Numbered from the stretch's first letter, positions 9,157 through 18,106 are shown. The stretch is 41,752 nt of DNA from Ignavibacteria bacterium (GCA_041694835.1 JBGFRZ010000056.1:1-41752); one strand, 5' to 3'. The notes: generated by a model from the sequence alone, not told the origin. Translations and numbers: made by a program.

Positions 9157-11094
9157 TCATTCTTGTAACACTTTTACATAATCGAAGGAAAAGTTAGGCT
9201 TATCACCCACAACAATGCGACTGGCAACGAACCACCGCGAGTCCCTCTCATGGGCAATTTTACTGCCTTGCAACTTAAAAACAACTTCTCTGATTTCTCC
9301 CGGTGAGAGTCGTTCAATTCTTTTATTGTTTTCTTCTAACGAGACAACGCCTCCTTCGGGAAGCACGAGATGTATGTCCAGGTCTTTCAACTCATTGCCA
9401 CCTATATTTTCCACTACGACCGAACATTCAAACGATTTTCCTATTAAAACACTCTCGGGCAACTTTATCTTTGTCTTGATTGGAATTTTCCGCTCCTGCT
9501 CTCTCAATCGCGAGAAAGCAGCGCCCGACGCAACCACCCATTCCTTGACGGAATATGGTCCTTTTGTCCCCTAAAACGCCCTTGATAGGTCATTGATAAA
9601 TAATCCCCTAACTCTGCCGTCACGATGCATTTCGTTTATTCCTCTTATGAGACGGGTATAAAACTTTTGTGGCCCCGGAGGGTCTAAACTATTCTGATGC
9701 CAGAACCAGTCGACCTGATTTCCCGCGACGATGTTGACATCATCTTTGCCGACATAACTACTCCAGTGTTCAAGCAGAGCGTTAAACTGCGCACAATTTG
9801 CCTGATAAAGCATCACTGCGTTGATGTCAACCCCCGCGTCCTGAAACATGAGCGGGTCCTGTCCGTGTTGCCACCCTCTTTCCCACGACAGAAGAAACGC
9901 CCATAGCGGTTTTTTTATTTCCGCTCCATCCTTTATTTTTTTGACGATTGAAGATATTCTGTGCGCCCTCCACCAGTTCCATTTATCTATCAGGGGAATT
10001 TCTCTGTTTTTTGTTCTCTTAATGATTTTTCCAAGCCAGTTCATCCGCTCCATCAAACTGAACTGAGTCCATCCGTCGGGAACTTCTACATTCATTTCAG
10101 ACACAAACGCATCCACTAACTCTACCCCTCCGTAATCGTCGGGGATATAATCCAAACCGACATAATCAAGTTCTTCTATCTGGTACAACTTCCTCGTAAA
10201 TTCAATAATCTCCGAGAGACGTTTTTCGTCAAGAATTGATATGGCTTCCGTCTCAATTGAAGTGTCCTGACTTCTTTTGTAGTCCCATCCAAATTTGTAA
10301 TCAGGATGATATTTTTTAGGTCCAAAAGTATAGTAACAGGCAACCCATGCTCCGCTTTTTATTCCTCTTTTTTCTGCCTCCCTTGCCATGTCATTGAGCA
10401 ATTCAAGATTGTCCTGATTCCACGGAAATGCGGTGGATATTTTTTTTGTATACGCCGAGGTCTGACCCGCGATAAACCACAACGCGTCCGCTCCGAGCCA
10501 CTCCAACCAATCAAAAATTTTCGTCCAGTCGCCCATTTTCCCGTCGGGACATCTCAATCTCAAGCTTCGAAGAGGTCTCATATTTTCCCAATTTACTACA
10601 CATAAAGCGGGTTCCACTTCTTGCGCCTCGCGTCTTACAATTTCAAAACTTGTTGTCTTTACTCCGTTAGAGATAGGACGCCGAAGGCGTCCGTCGTCCC
10701 GATATCCATCGGGACCATCTCTAACGGGGTGAACCTCTGGATGATTTTCATTCTCAGGAATTGTTAGTCTTATGGTATATTTTCCGGGGGCGGGATTCCA
10801 AGGGACGGGCCATTTGCCTTCCCATTGGTTCGTTTCGGCGATGTATTTCATTCTTACTTCTTCCTGAGCGCCAATGGTTGTGATTAGCATATCGTTTTTA
10901 AGAACCACGACACTAAAATTCACCTCTTTCAATCTTTCCCCGCCGTCGATATATACATCGACAAACTCATAACTAAAATACGAGTCCTTTCCCGTCGTAA
11001 TAACGGTGGCAACGGGTGCTTGGCAGGAAACAAAAACTATTCCCGCCAAGATAACTACTGAAATTTGAGTGAGGGTTTTCATTGTTTCAGTCAT
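9157..11094 (-). pseudogene. Lipoprotein with a probable glycoside-hydrolase-like TIM barrel and a C-terminal Ig-like domain; interrupted by an in-frame TAG at 9571-9573
   Basis: Lipobox VFVSC. ORFs 9571..11139 and 9157..9537 share a frame and read ..SRAF*GTKGPYSVKEWVVASG.. Confidence 0.6.
10658..10733. mobile_element. Second CCCCGTTAG/CTAACGGGG mini-element, in frame in the lipoprotein gene
   Basis: TTTACTCCGTTAGAGAT ... ATCTCTAACGGGGTGAA with two inner hairpins; peptide HPVRDGPDGYRDDGRLRRPISNGVK. Confidence 0.85.
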
Positions 11095-11163
11095 AATACT
11101 TCTTCCTGTCAGAACTACATCTTGGCAATGCCCGAACATAGAGAGCGGTTTCCCGGTACTTCT

Positions 11164-11568
11164 TTACTGCTTAAATGTCTTCCGCCAGAATGCTCTCGGA
11201 GTTAATATCGGAATGCGAGCATATTCTTCAAGCGAAAGCAAGTCATCGTCTCCGGTAATTATGCAATCTACTTTCAAAAAAACGGCTGCTGCTAAAATGT
11301 GATTGTCGCTTTTGTCTTTGCAGATATTAGGGATATCCTTTTCTTTATAATCCGCAAGTAATGAAATTTTTTGCAGGAACCCAACAGCATCTTGTGTATA
11401 TGACATTGGAAATCCGAATTTATTGTGTAGTTTTTCTTGGAATTCACCAAGAATAAATTCTGAAATGCATATTTGATGTTCTGCGGCACAATGTTCCATC
11501 ACATCTAAACATAATCCGTGTGATATGAACGCAGATATCAAGACATTTGTGTCTAATAGAATTCTCAT
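11164..11568 (-). CDS. PIN-domain toxin (VapC-like)
   Basis: MRILLDTNVLISA, CKDKSDNHIL.AA, IITGDDDLL. Confidence 0.88.
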   Translation of the reverse strand: MRILLDTNVLISAFISHGLCLDVMEHCAAEHQICISEFILGEFQEKLHNKFGFPMSYTQDAVGFLQKISLLADYKEKDIPNICKDKSDNHILAAAVFLKVDCIITGDDDLLSLEEYARIPILTPRAFWRKTFKQ

Positions 11569-11801
11569 GAGACGATTTTAAAAATGTCCTCGTCTGTATA
11601 AGGCCCTTTGCCTGTTTTTTCCACTTGTTTAAGCATTTTTCTGCGAATACTACTAAATTCATCAAGCACAATATATTTTCGCAGCGCATCTCTCAAAATC
11701 TCGCTTAATGTGAGGTCTTTGCTTTTAGCAATACGGCGCAGTTTTTTCACGCTTCCTTCAGGTAAACTTAAACTTATAACCTCTCGCATTTTGCCCTCCA
11801 T
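11565..11801 (-). CDS. RHH/CopG antitoxin
   Basis: ISLSLP...L..IAK....TLSEILRDALRKY; 4-bp overlap with the PIN gene. Confidence 0.82.
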   Translation of the reverse strand: MEGKMREVISLSLPEGSVKKLRRIAKSKDLTLSEILRDALRKYIVLDEFSSIRRKMLKQVEKTGKGPYTDEDIFKIVS

Positions 11802-11861
11802 TCATCTGTATGAATAGATATTACAAAATTAGATGCTTTTTCAACAAGCCCCTTTTAATTT

Positions 11862-12086
11862 TCAGATAATCTCAAAATTTCCAACCCCCCAAGCGTGACA
11901 TTTTGGACAACCGACTGGCTTACCGATTTCTGCATCACCGCCACCACATGTCTGTTTGTCAACCCATTTTGGATAATGCTCTAAATATTCTGGTTCTTCC
12001 GAGTTAGTGGCAACACAATAAGTGTAATCGTTAAATTGAAAAACAAATTTTTTTCCTTTATAGCCACAACTTAGACATTTATACAT
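11862..12086 (-). CDS. Small Zn-ribbon hypothetical protein
   Basis: CLSC and CPKC motifs; GGAG/GAGG RBS upstream; 74 aa. Confidence 0.6.
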   Translation of the reverse strand: MYKCLSCGYKGKKFVFQFNDYTYCVATNSEEPEYLEHYPKWVDKQTCGGGDAEIGKPVGCPKCHAWGVGNFEII

Positions 12087-12177
12087 CTCTTTACCTCTCC
12101 CATTTTATATGGTAGTTTATATTGTGAGATATTGAAAAACACTGCTACTAAACAAATTTTGATTAAACCATTCGTTG

Positions 12178-12594
12178 CTATACGATTAACAATTTCCAAT
12201 TATTTAAATATTTTTGACCTTCCTTTGTTATTTTATGCCTATCTATTACTTGCCTATTGCCTTTCGGGTTGATATAAAATAATTTTCTTGCTTCCAATGA
12301 TGGTAATATCCAACATTCGGGAATTATTTTATGGTTACTTATTTGATTTAAAAAGCTGACTAAAACGATAAAGTGATTTTTTTGTTCTTTTTTAAAATTG
12401 TCCATAGGCCAACAAGTTTTGCCTGCTAATCCTTTAACATCAATTGTTAATATTTCGCCGTTGTTTTTTTCAACAACTATATCCACAGATTTTTTATTTC
12501 CGAGCGTTAGATACGCATTAACACCTTTCCTATACAACATCGAGAGAACATAGTATTCGGAAGCAAGGTTTGTGTTATATTTGACAGTACTCAT
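12178..12594 (-). CDS. PD-(D/E)XK nuclease-superfamily protein
   Basis: SEYYV..L, VDIVV and IDVKG pattern (E..PD..D/ExK); AT-rich. Confidence 0.6.
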   Translation of the reverse strand: MSTVKYNTNLASEYYVLSMLYRKGVNAYLTLGNKKSVDIVVEKNNGEILTIDVKGLAGKTCWPMDNFKKEQKNHFIVLVSFLNQISNHKIIPECWILPSLEARKLFYINPKGNRQVIDRHKITKEGQKYLNNWKLLIV

Positions 12595-12692
12595 ACTTTC
12601 CCCATTATTTGAAAGCGTCCCCTTTTTCTCTTAATTTCTAACGGGGTTTACTGACGATGGTTAAATTTTAAGCGGACAGATATGCTTTATCA

Positions 12693-12734
12693 CTAATCTT
12701 CTTTTAGTCCCGCTCTTTCTTCGGGGGTTCTGTC
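12693..12734 (-). repeat. Displaced duplicate of the 3' end of the preTA-like gene (att-like)
   Basis: Encodes DRTPEERAGLKED* versus DRTPEEKSALRED* at 13391-13432; 19 bp identical core TTTCTTCGGGGGTTCTGTC. Confidence 0.8.
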
Positions 12735-12778
12735 GCAGTGCGAATTACAATACCAATCGCGCTTATCTGAATTTGCTA

Positions 12779-13021
12779 TCAAGTGGGGGCTGTCTCCAGT
12801 TCGGCAAAACTTACAATTTCCGTTTGATATTTTTTCGCTCTCGCTTCTTCAACAATTCTTTCCAATTCTTTTGCCACATCCGGCTTAATCCATTCTTTCC
12901 CGCATTGAACACAAACCAAGCAAGGAACCCGCCTTACCACGACCACCCCTGTTTCAAAATCAACTGAATAAGTGGTATTCCCTTTTTTCTTTTTCCCGCC
13001 GCAAATTGGACATTTTATCAT
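12779..13021 (-). CDS. YgiT-type zinc finger protein (MqsA-like antitoxin)
   Basis: KCPICGG...VPCLVCVQCGKEW; TAATG coupling to the upstream gene. Confidence 0.82.
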   Translation of the reverse strand: MIKCPICGGKKKKGNTTYSVDFETGVVVVRRVPCLVCVQCGKEWIKPDVAKELERIVEEARAKKYQTEIVSFAELETAPT

Positions 13022-13335
13022 TATCCTTTCCTCCTTGTTTTGAAATCCGATTGAAATTCCATCAAAGTCGGTTCGTATGCGGTTATTATGTGGACCTTCT
13101 CGGTTAATTCATCAAAACATATCACCACATGGACGGGTTTTCATTTAATCATGGCAAATATTAGACAACTGGGAAAATATCTATCTTTGGGATAATGTTC
13201 AATCGTATCTCCCTGCAGTATAGCGTCAATTATCGTTTCTTGTTTTATCTCTCTTTGCGCAAGACGTATAAGGGCATGCTTTTTCCACTCAAATTGTCCA
13301 TTTCTAATTGCGTTTCTAATTTTTTTTAAAATCAT
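13021..13335 (-). pseudogene. DUF4258 family protein (putative toxin) with an in-frame TGA at 13141-13143
   Basis: HALIRLAQREI...IEHYPKDRYFPSCLI..MIK*KPVHVVICFD...IITAYEP...DFKTRRKG*. Confidence 0.75.
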
Positions 13336-13390
13336 AAGTCAATTCAACACACTTTAATTTGTCTGCCACAACGACTGTTATCTGCTGTTA

Positions 13391-15967
13391 CTAATCCTCT
13401 CTCAGAGCGGATTTTTCTTCGGGGGTTCTGTCCCGCATTGAAAGCGCTCCCGAGAAACATTTCTGCGCGCAGATGCTGCAACCGATACATTTTTCGGCGG
13501 CGGTAACGGGATGTTTATCTTTGTCAAGAGAAATCGCTTGATAAGGACACCTTGAACAGTTGCCGCAAATCAGACATAAATCGGTGTCACATGTAGAGAT
13601 TTTTTTTACGGGCGACAACTCCATAAATCCCGTAATCGGTTTTGGCAAAGCTCTCCCGATAAGTTCCTTCATCGACTTAATTCCCCGTTCTTTCATAAGG
13701 TGACTTGTGCCGCTGACAAGTTCGTCGAAAATTCCGTATCCGTGTTTTGTCGCTATTGTGCAGAACTGAACGGTCTTTACCCCAAGCGCGAGAAAATTCA
13801 TAGCCGCTTTGTAATCCATCGGTCCGCCGTTTCCCGAGACATGAACGCCCAGAGAAGAGACATTCGCCAGAGTAAGATAACTGATTGGCGCAACACCATC
13901 GCCGCTCATTCCGACGACAATACCTTCTTCCCATTCAGTTTTTTTGCCGGGTCTAAAGCACATCGTCGGAAAAGTGTTGGCGAGAGTGATACCCGCTTTT
14001 TTATCGGGATATTTCGCTAAAACTTTTTTGATTGCGTTGACAATCGGGACTATTGATGTTACGGCCGCGGTGAGTTTGAAAAGTTTCGGTATTTCGGGAT
14101 TGCCCGCTTCCATTATCCAGTTAATTATCTTGGATGTCAGCACGGCGTTTTGAGAGACGATGTCTCCTTCCGTTCCGTCGCCTCCCTGAGGACAGGATAG
14201 CGAATACTCAATTCCCATCACACCAGCCGCTTCAAGTTTTTTTGTGTTCGACTGCCATCCCTTTTTGTCGGAGTCGTCGTTGCCTGTGACGGGGCCGCCG
14301 GTGGATGCCATTGTGAGTCGGTCGGGAAATTCTTTTACGAGTTTTTGGACTTCCTTGCAGACCCTCTCAAGCGAATGACCCGAGACATTGTCGCAGTTTC
14401 CGTAAGTGAGTTCGTTAAATGCATGCATATACTCGCCGGGAATGTGTATCGGCACATTGTCAAACGATGTCTTCATAATTGCGCCCGACCATCCCGCCTC
14501 ATACGCTTTTTTGAGCTGTTCATATCCGTCCGACGGAGGGGCTGCCGAGAGCAAAAACGGGGTTGATATTTTCCTATCAAAAAAGTCGGTCTCAAGAGAT
14601 ACGGGCGAATGAACATATCCCTTAAGCGCCACATCGCTTTTAATGGTATCCCCTCCGATGAATTGGGCGATTACATTTTGGTTTAAACTTTTATTCGCTG
14701 CGCTCATCGCCGAATGAATTCGGGAACTGCCGTTTATATAAGCATCGACCTGAACGGCAACATTTTTTCCGGCCGCGACGGCTTCGACGACCGTCGTGGG
14801 TCCTTGGATGCAGTCGCCGGCGTAAAATACAGACGGATTACCTGATTTTTCTTTTTTGGAACGTGCACCGATTGCTATAATTACCGACGAGATATCGTTT
14901 CTTTTCTGTTCTGTCCCGGGCAGGTCTTTTATGTCCTTCAGGTTGAATTTCGCACCTTTCGCAAGAGCCACTTTTATGGTTTCCAGTCCGCAAATTTTGT
15001 CGCCATTTTTTATTATGGATTTCACTCTGGTTCTTCCTGTGATTTCTATTTTATTTTCCAAGAGTTCGTTGAACTCTCGGGATGTAAGCGGCATCTCTCC
15101 AACACTTTCTAATGCGAACATCTCAACATTGTCTGCACCGTTTAATTTTGCTGTCATCGCACAATCGGCCGCGGTTGCTCCGCCACCGATGACCGCAATT
15201 TTCTTATTCGCTTTACTCGCCTCACGATTAAATTTATATTTTTTTGGCTCTTTTAGGTACTCCAATCCGATGATAGCAAATTCTTCGTTGTCTATACCGA
15301 GCTTGATTGGTTCAGTTAAACCAGTCGCAACTATTACGCTGTCATATCCTTTTAGAAGAAGCTCTTCGGCGTTTTCTATTTCAGAGTTTAGTTTAATTTC
15401 AATTTCACCAAGCGACTCAACAAACTCAACATCTTCTTTGAGAAATTTTCGGGTCAAGCGGTATTCGGGGATGAGATTGCACATTCCTCCCGCTATTTTT
15501 TCCTTTTCGTAAATATCCACTTTATATCCGAGAGAGCCGAGAACCGAAGCGGCGCCCAATCCCGCAGGTCCCGAGCCGATAATCGCAACTTTTTTTCCGT
15601 TAGATTTCTGTTTGGTAAACTCCGCTATACCGCCCGATTCTCTCGCTTTTTTGACGAGCGTCGCCTGAACTGCGGGGATATTCACCGCAGAGTCGAATTT
15701 TTTATGAACGCATGCGTCCATACAAAATCTGTCCGGACAGACGAGCCCGCAGACGCCTCCAAAAGGATTATTTTTCATAATTTGCGCTGCAGAACGTTTT
15801 ATGTCAGAATCGCCAAAAACATTCGCTGCCATCACGAAATCGGCCGCCGAACAATCGCAGGGACAGGCAACTTTGCAGGGTTTTTCCTCGCAATACTCAC
15901 ATTTTTCAAACTCGTTTTTTAACTGCGCATCTGTCAGAAATAATTCTTTCTCAGATTTAACCGTCAT
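13391..15967 (-). CDS. Fused dihydropyrimidine-dehydrogenase-like oxidoreductase (PreT/GltD-like FAD/Fe-S domain + DHOD-like domain + 2x[4Fe-4S])
   Basis: CEYCEEKPCKVACP, CGLVCP, GSGPAG, GGGATA, LSCPQG, KLT, ANT, CLICGNC and CIGCSICAQKC. Confidence 0.8.
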   Translation of the reverse strand: MTVKSEKELFLTDAQLKNEFEKCEYCEEKPCKVACPCDCSAADFVMAANVFGDSDIKRSAAQIMKNNPFGGVCGLVCPDRFCMDACVHKKFDSAVNIPAVQATLVKKARESGGIAEFTKQKSNGKKVAIIGSGPAGLGAASVLGSLGYKVDIYEKEKIAGGMCNLIPEYRLTRKFLKEDVEFVESLGEIEIKLNSEIENAEELLLKGYDSVIVATGLTEPIKLGIDNEEFAIIGLEYLKEPKKYKFNREASKANKKIAVIGGGATAADCAMTAKLNGADNVEMFALESVGEMPLTSREFNELLENKIEITGRTRVKSIIKNGDKICGLETIKVALAKGAKFNLKDIKDLPGTEQKRNDISSVIIAIGARSKKEKSGNPSVFYAGDCIQGPTTVVEAVAAGKNVAVQVDAYINGSSRIHSAMSAANKSLNQNVIAQFIGGDTIKSDVALKGYVHSPVSLETDFFDRKISTPFLLSAAPPSDGYEQLKKAYEAGWSGAIMKTSFDNVPIHIPGEYMHAFNELTYGNCDNVSGHSLERVCKEVQKLVKEFPDRLTMASTGGPVTGNDDSDKKGWQSNTKKLEAAGVMGIEYSLSCPQGGDGTEGDIVSQNAVLTSKIINWIMEAGNPEIPKLFKLTAAVTSIVPIVNAIKKVLAKYPDKKAGITLANTFPTMCFRPGKKTEWEEGIVVGMSGDGVAPISYLTLANVSSLGVHVSGNGGPMDYKAAMNFLALGVKTVQFCTIATKHGYGIFDELVSGTSHLMKERGIKSMKELIGRALPKPITGFMELSPVKKISTCDTDLCLICGNCSRCPYQAISLDKDKHPVTAAEKCIGCSICAQKCFSGALSMRDRTPEEKSALRED
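14650..14730. repeat. REP-like palindromes inserted in frame in the PreT-PreA linker
   Basis: CCGATGAATTGGGCGATTAC and GCCGAATGAATTCGGGAACTGC; peptide SSRIHSAMSAANKS..VIAQFIGG. Confidence 0.7.
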
Positions 15968-16020
15968 TTTTCCGCCTCCTGTCCTATTTATAAGCAGTAA
16001 GCAGTAAATAGGTAGTAATA

Positions 16021-16198
16021 TGAGCTCGTTGAAAAACCTTAATCTTTTGAACGATTTGGCAGTTTCAGGTTAAAAGTTGAAATCGTTTAGACCGCAATGT
16101 CTGACGAGCAAAGCGAGGAGTTTTGCGGTCTGATTGAAACTTTTAACCGTTAAGAAACTGCCCTTTAAGTGAAAAAGATGGGTTTTTCAACAATTTCA
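16021..16198. mobile_element. 178-bp MITE with imperfect 18-bp terminal inverted repeats and an apparent 3-bp ATA target duplication
   Basis: TGAGCTCGTTGAAAAACC / GGTTTTTCAACAATTTCA; long internal self-complementarity; near-identical copy at 41625. Confidence 0.8.
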
Positions 16199-16246
16199 AT
16201 ATGGTAAATGTTTAGATACTTGCCGCTCATTACTTACCACTTACTA

Positions 16247-16867
16247 CTACTTGCCACCCGCCAAATTCTGTTTCGGTTTCATCTCAAGAAGCTCGTTTGC
16301 GCACCTTTCAATCTCAAGAGAGAGTCGTCCAACTCTGTAGGTAAAGTAGTGATAAAATATCAGAGTGGGTATCGCAATTATAAGTCCCGTGGCGGTAGTA
16401 ATCAACGCTTCGGAAATTCCAGTGGCTACGACGTCCGGGGAAGAAACCCCCGATTCTGCTATCGCACTGAACGCTCGAATCATTCCAGTAACCGTCCCTG
16501 TAAAACCCATGAGAGTTGATATCGACGCTATTACCGCCAATCCGGGGATATATCTTTCGACCTTAGGCATTTCGTTTAAAATCTCCCGTTCGAGTATTTC
16601 TTCTATCTCCTGATGCCTTAAAGCGAAATTTTTTATCGCCGCCTGCATAATTTTTGCGAGCGGACCCGGGTGTTTATCACATATACCGAGTGCATTTGAG
16701 AAATCCCCATTTTTTATCTCTTTTTTCAACTTCGCCATAAGAAGATGTTCGTCAATTGTTATCTTGTGAAAGAAAAAAATACGGTCAATAACGATAGCAA
16801 GGGATATTATGGAACAACCCAGAAGCGGCCACATCATAAAACCGCCTTTTAATAAATAAGTAATCAT
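16247..16867 (-). CDS. MotA/TolQ/ExbB proton channel protein
   Basis: GG.MMWPL, GFTGTVTGMI.AF, GISEALITTATGL.IAIP. Confidence 0.9.
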   Translation of the reverse strand: MITYLLKGGFMMWPLLGCSIISLAIVIDRIFFFHKITIDEHLLMAKLKKEIKNGDFSNALGICDKHPGPLAKIMQAAIKNFALRHQEIEEILEREILNEMPKVERYIPGLAVIASISTLMGFTGTVTGMIRAFSAIAESGVSSPDVVATGISEALITTATGLIIAIPTLIFYHYFTYRVGRLSLEIERCANELLEMKPKQNLAGGK

Positions 16868-17008
16868 ATTGTGCCCTCATTTGTTAATATTGAACTTCGC
16901 ATAAATTATTGTATAAAATATCAGAAAATAATTCAAATTTCGGGTTGGGTATTTGCAGATATAAAAAAATCGTGGATGAACTTAATCCTGCGTTTCATTG
17001 GTGTGGGG

Positions 17009-17037
17009 TTGACAAAAAAGACAGGAATTGCTATAAT
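17009..17037 (+). promoter_or_regulatory. Perfect sigma70 promoter for the tRNA
   Basis: TTGACA, 17 bp spacer ending in TGc, TATAAT (extended -10). Confidence 0.85.
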
Positions 17038-17042
17038 GGAGT

Positions 17043-17116
<74 letters not shown>

Positions 17117-17117
17117 T

Positions 17118-17150
17118 AAAAAATCCCACAAAAGTGGGATTTTTTATTTT
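17118..17150 (+). terminator. Intrinsic, probably bidirectional, terminator
   Basis: AAAAATCCCAC-AAAA-GTGGGATTTTTTATTTTT between the convergent tRNA and porV-like gene. Confidence 0.8.
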
Positions 17151-17170
17151 TGGCGATGATTCCGTTTTCT

Positions 17171-18106
17171 CTAAAATTTCATGCTGAATGAAGCGCGATG
17201 GGTGTTGCCAAGATCTCCGAAGGGAACGAATGCGTAATCAACTCCGGCTCCCCAGATGCGAAAGCCAAGTCCAGCCGCAAGACCAACTATGCTTCCGAGC
17301 GACGACGTGTCATAGCCGTATTTATATCCCAGGCGCAGGGCGAGTTTTCTATCAGCAAGCCAGTATTCGCCGCCCAGTGAAGCGTAAAATTTTGCGTCGA
17401 TGAGATACTGATTGATGTCAAGGCCGACTTTCAGATTTTCGTTGAGCGCATAAGCGCCCGCTAGTTTTAAATTGAGCGGCAGTGGGTCTGTCACTTCTTT
17501 GAACCTGATCCCCCATGAGATATTTTCAACGGCAAGCACTGTGGTTATTTGAGGGTTGGGCAAATACGAAGCCGATAAGTCAAGCGCCGCGGTGTATGCC
17601 ATCGTCTGGTCGATTTCGGAAGAAATCAATTTCATCGCTCCGCCTACAGACAAGTTTTCCATCACCGACGGCAAAGCGTCTTTTTTCGCATATGCAAACG
17701 TTAACGCAATGTCTTTTGCATTGAATCCACCCGGAATTAACATCTCTTTAGCATCCCGTTTTTCCATTTTGTCAACTATCAGATATGTAATGCCAAATCC
17801 TATAGCGCCCACTTTTGTTTGCGGGTCCACATAACCTATATATCCGAAGTTGACATCGGCAAAATAACTTAAATAAGTTGCTGCCAATTGAGCGGATTCA
17901 AGTGAAGCCAGACCTGATGGGTTGTAGGAAATTGCAAACACATCGTCGTTAAACGCCGAAAACGCCCCGCCGAGACCCGATGCTCTCGCCGACGGACTAA
18001 TTTTCAAAAACTGGGCGCCGGTAGTGCCGACACCGGCATAGATACAGGTAGAAAGGTAGAAAGGTAGAAAGGTAGAGGATAAAACAAAACATAAAAACTT
18101 TTTCAT
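17171..18106 (-). CDS. PorV/PorQ-family (UPF0164) outer-membrane beta-barrel
   Basis: GTTGAQFLKISPSARASGLG, YNPSGLA, DYAFVPFGDLGNTHRAS, C-terminal Phe. Confidence 0.85.
   Translation of the reverse strand: MKKFLCFVLSSTFLPFYLSTCIYAGVGTTGAQFLKISPSARASGLGGAFSAFNDDVFAISYNPSGLASLESAQLAATYLSYFADVNFGYIGYVDPQTKVGAIGFGITYLIVDKMEKRDAKEMLIPGGFNAKDIALTFAYAKKDALPSVMENLSVGGAMKLISSEIDQTMAYTAALDLSASYLPNPQITTVLAVENISWGIRFKEVTDPLPLNLKLAGAYALNENLKVGLDINQYLIDAKFYASLGGEYWLADRKLALRLGYKYGYDTSSLGSIVGLAAGLGFRIWGAGVDYAFVPFGDLGNTHRASFSMKF

Noticed and set aside
9571-13143. Alternative genetic code (TAG or TGA reassigned) or selenocysteine
   Set aside because: TAG ends preTA and the 17171 porV-like gene at the expected C-termini, and TGA ends several intact genes (nadE, tupA). 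Each internal stop is a single event one substitution from a plausible sense codon, and the TGA is not at a Cys-like site.
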